This document shows positions 13,434 through 25,900 of a stretch of DNA of 64,000 nt, piece by piece. The stretch is from Nageia nagi (taxonomy: Eukaryota > Plantae > Pinophyta), in contig JBITNC010000001.1 in assembly GCA_050084985.1 (NCBI GenBank), positions 108,252,001 through 108,316,000 on the forward strand, read 5' to 3'. The notes beneath the pieces were generated by a model that was given only the letters and a program-made list of their open reading frames with translations, was not told the DNA's origin and did no database searches. The translations under genes were made by a program, and so were the position numbers. Every line of letters begins with the position of its first letter. The first letter of the stretch is position 1.

Positions 13434-14544
13434 AATAATGTAAAAATACACCTCCAACAACTCACAACCATGGAGGTCTCATAATAAAAAACTAACGAAA
13501 TTTCATCATGGAGGTCCCATAATAAAAAATAATAAAATTTATTAAAAATAAAAAATGTATATGTTCTTGTTCCTTGTATAAATACCAGCAGTTTTGAATT
13601 ATTGATACTAACAACTAAGGATTCTCATGTTCAATTATGGAAAATATATAAATTCAAATATATGAAAGCTCCACCAAATACAACAAAAAGGAAATCACCA
13701 ATCTTAGGATGGATGTTCCTACTTGGACTAGGTCATATTAGATTTATCTTAACTTTATTAGGATAACATATCTTTCCTTTAGCATGTTTTGTTTCCAGTT
13801 TAGTTCTATGATTGATATTTACTCTTCTTTTTATATTACAATTCAATGGCTCATATTGTTTACAAATGCCTATTTATGGAAGGCCTCAACATGGAATAAT
13901 TAATCACTTCTTTGAGCTTCTAACTAATTTATCTACGATATTTTGCATGTCTATTTTCTTGGGCTTGAATATTAATTTTCAATATTCTATTCATGGTACT
14001 AGAGTGATTGAAATTTTTGTAAGCATTTATGAAACCTTTGAAGTTATTTTTATTTGGTTTAAGCTTTTGGAGGTATTATATTCATTTTATGAGTTGCACA
14101 TTTAATTTTATCCATTGGGGTTGTGTCTTTCTACTTGTATATCATTTTCTTTTTTAATACCTTTTTAAAGTGCATATAGGTCATAGCATTTGATCATTAT
14201 GGTTGTGAGGTATTTATTCCCCACTCTTTATGCATGGATGTATTTTTTATGATCATACAATCTATGCTTGAATTGTGTTCAAACTTGCTTGTTTTTTATT
14301 TATCCATTACCTCCTAGTATCACTTAAGGGGGGTTTTTAGAATGATCTTAAGTTTACTATGATAACATGTTTTGTTTTCATTTTGGTTCTATGATGAATA
14401 TTTACTACATTTTTTTATATTATGTTTTGATGGATCATATTGTATACACTTTCCTATTTATGCAATGCCTTAACATGGAATAAGTAATCAGTTCTTTGGG
14501 TTTCTCTCTAATTCTTTATGATGATTTGCATGTCTATTTTCTTG

Positions 14545-16047
14545 CACTACTACTAAAAGGAAATTTAGGATTATAGTGGGCATTAAAGTAAGAAAAAAAT
14601 TATGATGCCATTAGCATCAACATGGCATCATGCATTAATTTTAGCCATTTTCTAGATGCTCTAATGCTAGGTTTCATGCTATAAGTTATACATATAAATA
14701 TATGGTTTACACATATATATGCATAGGTTTATCGAAATAAACATATAATTTATGTATATATACATAGGGTTTAAATCTAACTATATTCTAATATCCCATG
14801 CATATATCCTAAAATCCCATATATATGTGTGGAAACCTAATGCGTATATTCTAATAGTCTATGTGTATATCATGAAACCTTATCCGTATATCATAATAAC
14901 ATGTACGTATAGTGATTGAAGTTAATTAGAACATCAAGAAACATTTAGATCATGCACAATGATCATCAAGAAACATATATCAACCATCCAAACCCAATTT
15001 AATAAGACACCTTCCTCTTCTTTGAAGGCCAATAAAAAGAAAAATGGAGGGAGGTGAGGAAGGAAAAGGGAAGGGAGAAAGTAATGAAAAATAATATTTC
15101 ACAAACCCAATGGATTTCCTTGATAGGAATTGATACTATTTCACTAAATGTAACAAATAATAACAGTCCAACTAGATCAATTTACCTTTTCTATCATCCT
15201 AAAAGAATGCACCAAATTGAGAGATTTGTAATAAGGTTTATATATACATAAAAGAATCTTGAAAAGCAAATTTGTATCAAATTTTATGGTTGTGAATGCC
15301 CAAGTAGACATGTATGCAAAATTTGGAAGCATAGAGAAGGCACATGAATTGTCTGACAAGATGCATGATGCAAGCACAAGTTCATTGATTGCAATGTTTA
15401 GAGGATATGTAATTCATGGTTACAAAAAGGATACCCTTAAACTATTTGATCTAATGAAGTACTTGGGAACCAACCTTAACAACATAACCTTCCAACCCTA
15501 ACAATATAACCTTTGTATGTGTTATACTTAGATGCAACTATGCAAGTCTAGTGGATGATGCAAATATAATTTCATGGACTGTAATGATCACAAGATATGC
15601 ATAAAATGAATATGTTGAAAGATCCCATGAATTAATATAATTTTTTTGATAAAATTCTAGGTACCTCTATATACACAAAATTTATTTATATATGCACAAG
15701 GTTTATTTATATATGCATAAGGTTTATTTATATACACATAGGATTTATACATATACATAAAAGGTTTACAGATATACACATAAAGTTTATATATATATAC
15801 ATACACACACACACACACACACATGAAATTAGGCTTAACATGAGAGATGATACTAGCTATGATGCTAAAGATGATGCCAAGTGTCTCTAAGACTGATGCC
15901 AAGTACCTATAAGGATTACACCAAAAGTGTCTCCATTGTTGATGTGTATGTTAACATCATTTATAGTGTTAGGATACAAACCAAAATAAATAAAAACATT
16001 ATGTTATGATGCCCACATTGATGCTAATTCAACTTTTGGTAGTAGTG
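14545..16047. mobile_element. Non-autonomous CACTA (Pack-CACTA) element
   Basis: TIRs CACTACTACTAAAAG / CTTTTGGTAGTAGTG; 3-bp TSD TTG at 14542-14544 and 16048-16050; ~21-bp subterminal tandem repeats at 14690-14910 and 15665-15800. Excision restores the TRIM LTR. Confidence 0.92.
15195..15627 (+). pseudogene. Captured fragment of a PLS-class pentatricopeptide repeat (PPR) gene
   Basis: ORF 15259-15501 reads NAQVDMYAKFGSIEKAHELSDKM...AMFRGYVIHG...LKLFDLM...NNITF and continues as PNNITFVCV...LVDD and NIISWTVMITRYA. This matches the PPR consensus NALIDMYAKCG..A..LF..M / VSWTAMI.GY..HG. Confidence 0.88.
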
Positions 16048-18359
16048 TTGGACTTGAATATTGATTTTCAATATTCTCTTAAGGTCATGGCAATCCCATG
16101 ATGACTAATAAATTTCCTTTATATTATTTTGGGGCATTATAAAATACTCACAATCGTGGAGGTTCCATATCAACATGGTAAATTAGATCATGGTAATCCT
16201 ATGATAACTAGTAGAATCCCTTTTGATTCTATTGGGGTATCATAAAAGACTTAATGACCATTGTAACCCCATGATGATCAATCAATTTCTCATTTATTCT
16301 TATTGGTTATCACAAAATATTTGCCAACCATGGAGGTTCCACATCAATACATTTGTACAAAGTCATCAATGACCTTTTATTAGAAATATGTTTATACTCA
16401 TAGAAAAACCCTTTTTGGTTATTTTGGTCGAGCATTAAAAGTTACACCATGGTTACAAGTTACCAATGGTCCATTTGGCAAGATAACTTTAAATCTTAAG
16501 CATAATCTTATTCTCAAGAAAGTTTTTTTTTTTTTTTGCCTTGGTTCCCCATTCCTTTTAGAATGTTGGGGAAACCAAGATAAAAAGTGGACATGGAAGG
16601 AACATCAAATCAATAATATCCATGAGAGTATAATTAAGTTTTTTTCATACACTTTTTTTTTCATACTTAATTCTTCTTTGAATATGCAATTCTTTTTTTG
16701 ATTAATAGGCTAATTTTGTATTAATAAAAAAAGTGGAGTTTTTGAGGAACTTCAAACCTTACATCAGAGCTTGAGAGCATTTTTTCAAGAGGCTACATAT
16801 TATCTTTTACAATTGATATCAAAAAACCAAAAAAATCTAATATAAAGGACTATATAATAAATAAAATTATAAAAAACTTCATCAAAACTATACTGCTCAA
16901 ATTTGAAATAAGATGTGTGTAGGTGCAAGTAGGACCTCAATTTATACTACTCAACTTTTAGAGAAGCTTCAATTTATTTTAGCCCAATTGTGAAAGGTGT
17001 TTAAAGGCTAACAAACTACTTCAATTTTCTCTATCTCCCTTTCCATACTTGTAGCTCACAAATTTGGGAAAATGAATTGTTCCTTCTCATAATTGTTCTT
17101 ATAGAAATTATTGTAAATATTATTTAGAATGATTTTCCTAAAGGTTGGTGAATCCCCCATAGCTTCATAGATTAGGCTACGCACCCCTTTCTAGAGCAAT
17201 GCTTCTGCTAGCATGGTGTTGTGTAGCTAATAATTCAAAGGTTTTATGATTAGAATAATTTTTTACCTTTTCCCTTTACTCATCTCCCTTGGATATGGTA
17301 CTACCTCCAACTTTTCCACTTACCCGTTGCTAACCTCTTCTACCTCTACAAGTTCAACCTCCTCTATAATAGGTTTGCATTGATGCTCGTTTTGGTCCTT
17401 ATTTTTATATTTTCTTATATTATAGACTTTCAATTAGTGGCTTTCTAGGGATGAAAGGGATTTAAGTGTCCTTTCTTGGATCTTAGCTACTTTGTACCTA
17501 TCTAAAATTGAGTTCTTCCTAATCTATTGTGTTGCGAATTGGGTCTTCTCCCTGCGCTTGGCGGATGCTTGATTTATTATTAAACTTATTACAATATTTT
17601 GAGGTTCTAATCTCCTTGAGCTTTCTCTTCCTTTCCTATTATGATTATTTATTCTCCCTCTATTATGATGAATAATTCATATCCTCATCAATTTCTATTA
17701 CCTCATTCTACATCATGTTGCAATCTACATTTATATCCTTCTTAAGTGCTTTGCAAGCTATGTTACTTGAATCTAGTTGTTGTACCATTCTTCCTCTTAT
17801 TCTGGATAAGATTGAAGCTAATCAAGGGATCTTCTTATTGCTAGGGATCTCCTCCTTTTTTTGTTTTATTTACTTTATATTTAATGTATTTTTACCACAT
17901 GTTTTGATTTCTCCTTCTCCCCTTTAGTGTTTAATGAATATACTATAGACTGTTACCTCTTATATGTTTCTTTAGAAGGGATCCTTCTATTCCTTTTATT
18001 TCCCTAGCTATTGCTAGTGGAAAAAGGAGTATCTACTACTTCAATTTTGGGTTCAACATCAATAGATTTAGAAAAATTTGATTCTCTTTATTGCTTAGAG
18101 GATTCACCTTCCTTTCTAATTCTCTTTACATTTTTGATTCAAATGCTTCTTTGAGCACTTAAGACATCAGAATATGTACTATTATCCTTACTAAAAGGGT
18201 GGTAAGACACATTAGGGTGAGAGCTAGGGGAGAATAACTTAGATAAGGATCATACAAAGGGGACCTCCACATAAGGGGTTTTGGGTTAACATTTCCTTAC
18301 TCCTTTGAATTGAAGGCCATACCTCCTATAATGAATCTAACCTTGAAGAACTTTTTTAG

Positions 18360-18944
18360 CTAGTTTTCAAGGGCTTGGTCATAAAATAACTTAATAACAA
18401 CAACATGAAGGGGTAATTGGACCCTATTTATTTTGACTTTGTCTACCAAAATAGTAAAGGAATTCATGATGAAGAAAGAGAAATTACTTATCTGTATCTA
18501 GGAAAATGAAGTGGTTGAGCAAATAAAAATGAAAAGTAACCTCATAAGGGTGCTAAAAACCTCATCCCATGGGATTAGAAGAATTTGTCTCTCAACTCTA
18601 GTTTGGTACTTGTACAGGCCTTTGTTGTTCATGATGGTCTATATAAACTTATCCCTAACAACTAATTTGTTAATCTTTCCTTCTATTTTTACCTTTAATC
18701 TTTGGTTCACTAGGTGAGTGGCTTAGGCTATCAACTCTATAGTGAAGGATAACTTCAATTACTTCAATTTGCAAACCCCATCGCTCCAAAATTTAGCTAC
18801 TTGAATGGACAATTGGTTTTCATGCCCATTGCATGCTGTAAAAAAACCTTATAACCCTCCTTTGTAGAGAATCCTCTAGATCTTTATGTTTCATTTTTTC
18901 TTCTTTATGGAAGTTAGCTATGTTCTCACTAAATCACCTCCCAT
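18360..18944 (-). pseudogene. LINE-A ORF3 conserved N-terminal domain (a charged low-complexity tail appears to continue to ~17000)
   Basis: Hand translation: MGGDLVR...KGGL*GFFTACNGHENQLSIQVAKFWSDGVCKL...IELIA*ATHL...LLIPWDEVFSTLMR..FHFYLLNHF..NFSFFIMNSF...LPLHVVVIKLFY. Homologous to LINE-B 45735-46425. Confidence 0.7.
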
Positions 18945-19139
18945 TTTTGGCTTGGAGTGCTAGAATCTCTTTTGAAGATATCAAAAGGTACTTCTATCAT
19001 AATGTGGAGAGTTCTATCCCTATTGATGAAGTTGGAGGAAGCTTTGTTGCAAAGAGTCTATGAGGAGATGGCATCAAGAGTTCAAGTCAAATCCAGTAGG
19101 AGTCAATCATAATGTTATTTTGGAGATCATCATATTGGA

Positions 19140-22100
19140 AAAGATGAATAACATAAGCTTGCCACCTCTCTACCATGTGAAGAGTTAAATTCCATTAATG
19201 GGCTCAATATTATTTGATAAGTTCATAATTAAGTCATGAAAATTTGAAGACTCTAATATCAATAATAAACAATTTCTATTCTTTGCTTAGATAGGTAAAA
19301 ACAAGCATTAACCCTCATGCAAATGGGATATATAAGTTTGGGAGTTTGGAGAGGGCCTAAGCTTCAATTATGTTTTACAAAACTAACCCTCCCTCTATGC
19401 CTTCCTATGCTTTACCCCATCCTCCATCCTATTGGAGTAGAACATTCAACTTAAGGCCTTCCTTATTCAAGTTGAAGAAGCTCTTGATAATGCTTATTTA
19501 AATATTTTAATTTTTCTTTTTTCTTTTTGGAGGTAGACTCTAAATTTTTCTAAGGCTCTCAAGAGTATTATCTCACTTATGTTTTTTGCTTATTGTTGAA
19601 ATCCCTCTCATTTATTTCTCTCTATATTTGCTAAAGAGTGTGGAAGAGAAGTAGTTTCCTCCAATATTTTCCTTCTTCCTTTATTTTTTCTAGGTCCCAT
19701 TGTATGATTAGCTCCCTAACTAAGTTTGGAAGAGGTCCATGGAGTTTAATTTCCCCTCTATTTCTAATCAAGATTATATGAGAAAAAGGTAAATGAATGA
19801 AGATGTGATTCTTCCTCACTTAAGCATAGGTAACACCTACTAGGGAATTGTATTCCTTTTTTCTTAATATTATCAATGATGGCTAGTTTTTTATGGGCTA
19901 CCAACCACATAAAAAAGGAAATCTTGGGATTAAACCTTTAACCCAAACTCTCTTCTAAAGATCCTTCTAAGTTTTTACTAAATTTTTAGTTAGCCATTGA
20001 ATTGCTTGTTTTATGCAATAGTCCCTCTTTTATTTCTAGTCTAGATTAGTCTATCATTAGTATTGTTAGGAAAAACCTTTTGTTTTGCTATCTCTATGAA
20101 AAGATTATTTAGAAGAACCTCCATTTATTTGCAAGTTTATTTTTGAAGATCCAATTCCCTATTTGTCTTAAAAAATAATCTTGGACCTTTTCCCATTACT
20201 CATTTATATCCCAAAGCAACACCTCCATTAGATTCTTGTAGTAGATAAGTGGTTTTCTCTTTAACCAATAATCTTCTCAAAATAAGACTTGGTCTCCTAT
20301 CCCTATTGTCTATATTATGTTACATGAAAAGGATATATCTCATGCTAATGAGCCCATTCCAGAAGTAAAAGCTATAAGGGGGATTATCTACTCAAAGAAA
20401 GGAGTTATTATTCTCAATATACTTGGCCTTACAAATTTTAATTCATTCCATATCCTCTTCTATTGCCATTTTAAATCTTCTCTAAATTTGGTCTATTTTG
20501 TTTGTTGTTGACTCTTATATTTTGAAGATAATGGATTTGTAAATGGGTATGCTTTATTAAGAGAAGCTTTGGAGCATAAGTTAAGGTTTTTCCTCTTAAT
20601 CCTATTAGTTTTCTATTTATCTTTTCTAGAAGAATGTCCCAACTCTTAGGGAGAAGCCTACCTATGAAAAGGGACATTCTAAGGTAAACTATCAATAGCT
20701 TCTCAATTAGACATCTAAAAATTCTAACCAATTTTTTTTGTTTCAATTTAGGGGTATGAAGGGTGAATTTTTTTTTTCTCATATTAACCCTTTGGTGTAA
20801 CTATTTTTCATAGAGCTTAAGTATCTTTTTAAATTGCTTTTCTTCCCTTTCCTAAGCTCTTCCCACTAGGATGGTGTCATCCACAAATTGATGGTGAGTT
20901 ACTAGTTCGTAAGGCCTTGTTGGTTTTATCCCTTCAATAAGATTATCATTTTGTGCTTGTTTAATAGATCTACCTAGAGCTTCCACCATAAAAGTGAAGA
21001 GGTAAGGGGATATGGGGTACTCTTATTTCATTCTTCTTTTTGAGATAAAGTAGCCCATCGGTTCCCTGTTTACTATGATTGAAATTCCAATTTTGAAATA
21101 CATTCTTTTATCCATCCCCTCCATTATTATCTAAATCCAAAATTCTAAAAGATTCTATCAAGGAAGTGCCAATTAACTCTATCAAAGGCATTTTCTATAT
21201 CCAGTTTTGTCAACATAGTTTCTTCCTTTCTAATATTGGCAAAATGAAATAGCCTATGGATGAGAACTATCCCATCAATGATTTATCTATTTATCACAAA
21301 ACCATCATTCTCCTTTAAGATAATGTGTGGAAGGGTCTTCTTCATTCTCTCAAATATAATTTTGGTGATGATTTTGTATAGAACATAACAAAGGTTGATT
21401 AGCCTATAATCTTTTAAACCTTTTATTTATACAAATTTTGGGGCTAGAACAAGAAATGTTGCATTCTAGGATTTTAAGAGTTTACCTCTTTCAAAGAACT
21501 TTGTAACCACTTCAATTACATTATTCCTAATATCTCCCAATTTTCTTGAAATAATATATCTTAAAAGCTGTATGGGCTTGGGGTATTGTATTTTTCCATC
21601 GGGAAGAGACCTCTTCTCACCTCTTCTGTTATACTTTTCTACTCTATATTTTCATTCATAGCCTGATTAATAATTTAAGGGATGTAGTTTAATATTTTTG
21701 TTGTTGCAATTTTGTTTTTCTTTTGATCCATTTTTAATAAATTTTGGTAAAAGCTTTGAAATTATTTTTTAATATCCTCTTCATCATGAAGTATGAATTT
21801 ATTTTGATCCTTCAATTCAAAGATTCGGTTAACTACTCTCCTTTGTAAGGTTTTCATTTTGAAGAGAGTTATATTCCTATCCCCATCCTTTAACCAATTA
21901 ACTCTTGATTTTTTTCTCCAATGTATTTCTTCTTGAGCTAAGGTGTTATAATAATCTGCCATAATTATTCTCTCCTTTCTATCTAAGTCTTATATTATGC
22001 CAAATTTCATTATTGAGTCTTCAATTTGTTCTAGTTCCTCAATATTATTTTTTATTTCTTTTAGATTTTGAAATACTACTTTGTTCCATTTTTGTAACTG

Positions 22101-22959
22101 ATGTTTGAATTTCTTTAGTTTCATAGAGAGCCTATACATAGATGTTCCCTTTATATTTTTGTTCCACTATTTCTATAGGTTATCCTTAAAACTAGGGTGT
22201 TCCATCCACATAAATTCAATATGAAAGGTGTATTTTTCTTTTTCTAGTCTTCCATTTTTAGTTTAAGAGTTATATTATTTGAGGAAACTCTTATAAGAGA
22301 AGTTATTTTTGCATTTTGATATTCAACCATCCAATCAATTATTCCCATAACTCTATCCAGTATTATTTGAATATGCTTGCTCTTGCATTATCTAGTTATC
22401 CATATAAAGAAATTTCCTTTAAGCGGGATGTCAATTAACTTTATCTCATTAACAAAATCTTGAAGATCCATCATGCTCCTAGAAATATTCATCCTTCCAC
22501 CTTATTTTTATTATATATGAAGTGATGTGTTCAAATCACTCACTAGTAGCTAGGGTTCTGATTGGAAAGATTCTCTATAGGACTTTAGGATCTCCCAAAG
22601 TTTTTTCCCATCAACCAACTTATTGGGGTTGTAAATATTAGTGAGGATAAAATTGAAATTACTTAGCAAACTTATTTCTCATACTATGATGCACCTATTG
22701 GAGGGATGAGGAATTATTTAAATGTTCACAATTATTGGATTTCATAAATCATGAGGCCTCCAAATTTTCCTCTTGCTCCATTTGCTTCCATCCTTGTTGC
22801 TTTCCAAAATCCTTTTCTAGCTTTTTCAAGGTTATTGTATTTTATTTTTGTTTCTTGTAAGAGTATTAAATCTAATATATGTTTTCTATTTGAGTTTTTA
22901 ACACCCTTTTCTTTGATAGGGAGGTTTCCACCCCTTATATTCCAAATGATAATTATCAT
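19140..22959 (-). pseudogene. LINE-A ORF2 (APE endonuclease, RT, zf-RVT, degenerate RNase H)
   Basis: WNIRG...LLQETK (22732-22959); EEIHWRKKSRVNWLKDGDRN (21762-21962); DIEKAFDR-like motif at ~21180-21200; HQFVDDT at ~20875-20895; YL..LF.G....W..L.EKI (20471-20782); zinc-finger region ~19780-19950; weak RNase H-like segment at 19140-19460. Confidence 0.85.
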
Positions 22960-22960
22960 C

Positions 22961-25900
22961 TAGCTCTCCTAGAGGCTTAGATGTCCCTACCCTACTTTAG
23001 AGTGGTAGAGCCTTTTTACTTATTCTCACTCTTTCTAGCTTTGTCCACTTCAGAAGTTTTCCTCGCATTAAGAATAGGCTTTGAGCCTTGCAACTTATTC
23101 TCTTTTTCAACATCTTTTTTAGGGGATTGGTGTTTTTCTTTTGCTATTGATCTGGTTTCCATTTTGTACTCAATATTAAGAAAAGGTTCATTAGTATCTC
23201 TTTCCTCAAGGTTGTTTTTTACTTCAATCTATCTATTCTCTTTTGAATTACCATGATACTGCATTCTAGGTGAAGTGCTTAGGAGAATTTTAGTTTGGTA
23301 TGTTTCCTTAACCTGAAAGGGAGAAACCTCTCCATGTTCCCACCTTATATTTATAACTATTTCTCTATAGGAGGGTCAGTTTACTTTTTTGTATGATTTG
23401 GGAGAGTTCCTTACTATCTTCTGAGCATTGTTAGATTGAGAATTGGTCTCTTCTTGGAAGGTTTGAGTGGAGTCTTCTAAATTGATCACTAATTGGGCTT
23501 ACCTTCCTTCCAAGGATTCCACTTCATTATCCTTATTTTTCTAGTATTGCTCCATTTGCTTAAGTAATTCAAAGTTTTCCTTGCTTGTTTCTATTTAGAA
23601 TTTTTATTGCTAAGTTGGGCTTTTAAAGAGAAATATTTAGAGTCACATCCTTCCATATTTTAGAGGCTGTATGTATCTTTGAAGGTAGAAGCATGAGGGT
23701 TTTGTGAGGCTATATATGTGTCTCATTTCCTTACACCATCTGCACTTGAAGGGTATTCTTTGATAGTCTAGAGCTTGCATCTAGGCTCCCATCCTTGAGT
23801 TGATTTGTATTTCACTAGGGAGAGGCTCTTGGATGTTCAAGTTAATACAAATCCTTACTACCATAGAATTTTCCTCCTTATAAAAGTTTATATCAACTTT
23901 GATAAATTCTCTTATATTTTTTTCTATCATTTACATAACTTTCTCATTCCAATGATGCTGAGGAAGACTATATAACCTAACTCAGATTGGAACTGTAGTT
24001 ATATTTTCTAATATTGGGTTAAAAACCTCATACCATTATTTAACAAATAATCTAAAATTACCTAGAAACCAAGGTCTATCCTCCATCACATGGGTAATAT
24101 CATCTTCATTAGAAAAGTTAAAAATAAAAAACCTCTTGGTAGCATGAAATTTTTTAATTCATATTTAAGCTATCATTTATCAGTTTCCCATTTCTTGAGG
24201 GTGGGGATTTGATCTGTAAATCCTAAATTAATAAATTACTTCAAATATCACACTTTATTTCTTTTAGTGCTTGCAAAAATTAAAAACACGCACCAAAATA
24301 ATCACACAAAATGATGTATACAAATAATTACCTTGGTTCGATCGATGTGATCTACATTTAACAAATAGATATTCATTATTATAGGTACCTTCATTTTACA
24401 ATATCATTTGTATGATCTTTTTGCTTCATCCTCTTGTGTATATTGAAGCTGATTCACATGATCATTGTAGGCTGCTACTCAATACCTTCTCACATCATGG
24501 AGATTATGTCATCCACTTCTTGTTTACTCCATGGCAATGATCTTGTCCATGGTTTGTTTTTACACTCTATGTAGATTTTAGAATGCAACTTCATTCTTAC
24601 TCTCATGGAAATAATTTATTCATGAAGTTTACAATATTATGTATTTTTTTCTACACTCTCTACATTCTCTCTCACTTGGGAGGAAAACCCCTAAAATGGG
24701 AATTAACCTTTTCACTCTCCATAAGTTCTATTTTATAATGTATTAATGGACTAATAATGGAGTTTAAGTGGTTACGATGGAATAATACCATATTACAATA
24801 TTTTCATATTTACAAAGATTCTCACTCATCCTCTCAACAATAATCTCCTTAATTTTAACATTCCCATAGCAATTTGCCTCTTGCTTTTAGGGCTTTCCAT
24901 TTATTTTGGTCAATAGTTTTTTTTCAATAGTAAATTTCATTTATGATTGAAATATTCTTCAAAAACATTAAATATAAAACCTAATCAATAAATATTAACA
25001 AACATATAATAATATCCCATCACTATAATGGGCAGCTGTAAGCAAAGAAATACCACTTGGCACTTACCAAATAAGGGGGTCAAATCCCCATTTGATTGGT
25101 GGTATTTCCTCTATATTCCAATAATTCCCAAACATGTTATAATGGTATAGTGTAGATATATTTCCACTTGTCATAGGTTGAGGAGAAGCTTGACTCTTTG
25201 ACCATCACCATTATATTTTACCCAATGTACATTGTAAAGGCAACCCTCATAAACTCTAAACCTTGTTACTAGGAGTCAATCAACTATGTATGTTAACAAA
25301 TTTATCATCATTGATTATTTTCCACATGGATGAAGCTCTGTCACTTCATTCATTGACTTGTGTAAGTTAAATTGGAAGTTATTGATCAAACATTCTTTTA
25401 ACCATTATTGACTAATAAAATGCCACCTTGGATATTGGGTCCCATAATGGAATTAAATGGGGTTAAATTTAAATATTACCCTTTTGATTTAAAAATAGTA
25501 ATATTTAATTATTACTTTCTTTGAAACTTTGAGGAGGGATATTTTTTGAACCATAGCTCCATTTCTTTCATTCTCCAAAGCATTAGGATCCTAGAGAAAT
25601 GGGGTTCAACTTAGAGCACATAAATATATAAAAATAGGAACTTCATTTTTTCACCTTTTTAATGCATCTAAAAAATTCATTTTGGATCACTTATCCCATT
25701 TTATGGGCTTTTGGTACCATAAAAGCCTTAGTATCAAAATAATAACAAAAATAATCTCCACACACAAATCTAGATCTACACCTTTTTTGAAATCACCTTC
25801 TTATCTGATCTTCTTCCTTGTGGATCTTCATCTCTCTCAAATTGACATAATGAGTAGAATCAAGTACTACAACTCTCCTAACTACTTAGCAACAACAACA

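Larger units (their letters stand above)
13736..16082 (+). mobile_element. TRIM (terminal-repeat retrotransposon in miniature): LTRs 13736-13993 and 14335-16082 (second split by the CACTA), internal ~340 bp
   Basis: Direct repeats of ~250 bp; PBS-like TGGTACTAGAG at 13994; PPT AAGGGGGG at 14326-14333; perfect 5-bp TSD GGTCA at 13731-13735 and 16083-16087. Confidence 0.88.

Noticed and set aside
15259-15501. Functional host PPR gene
   Set aside because: Only a few degenerate motifs with stops and frameshifts, fully enclosed by CACTA TIRs.
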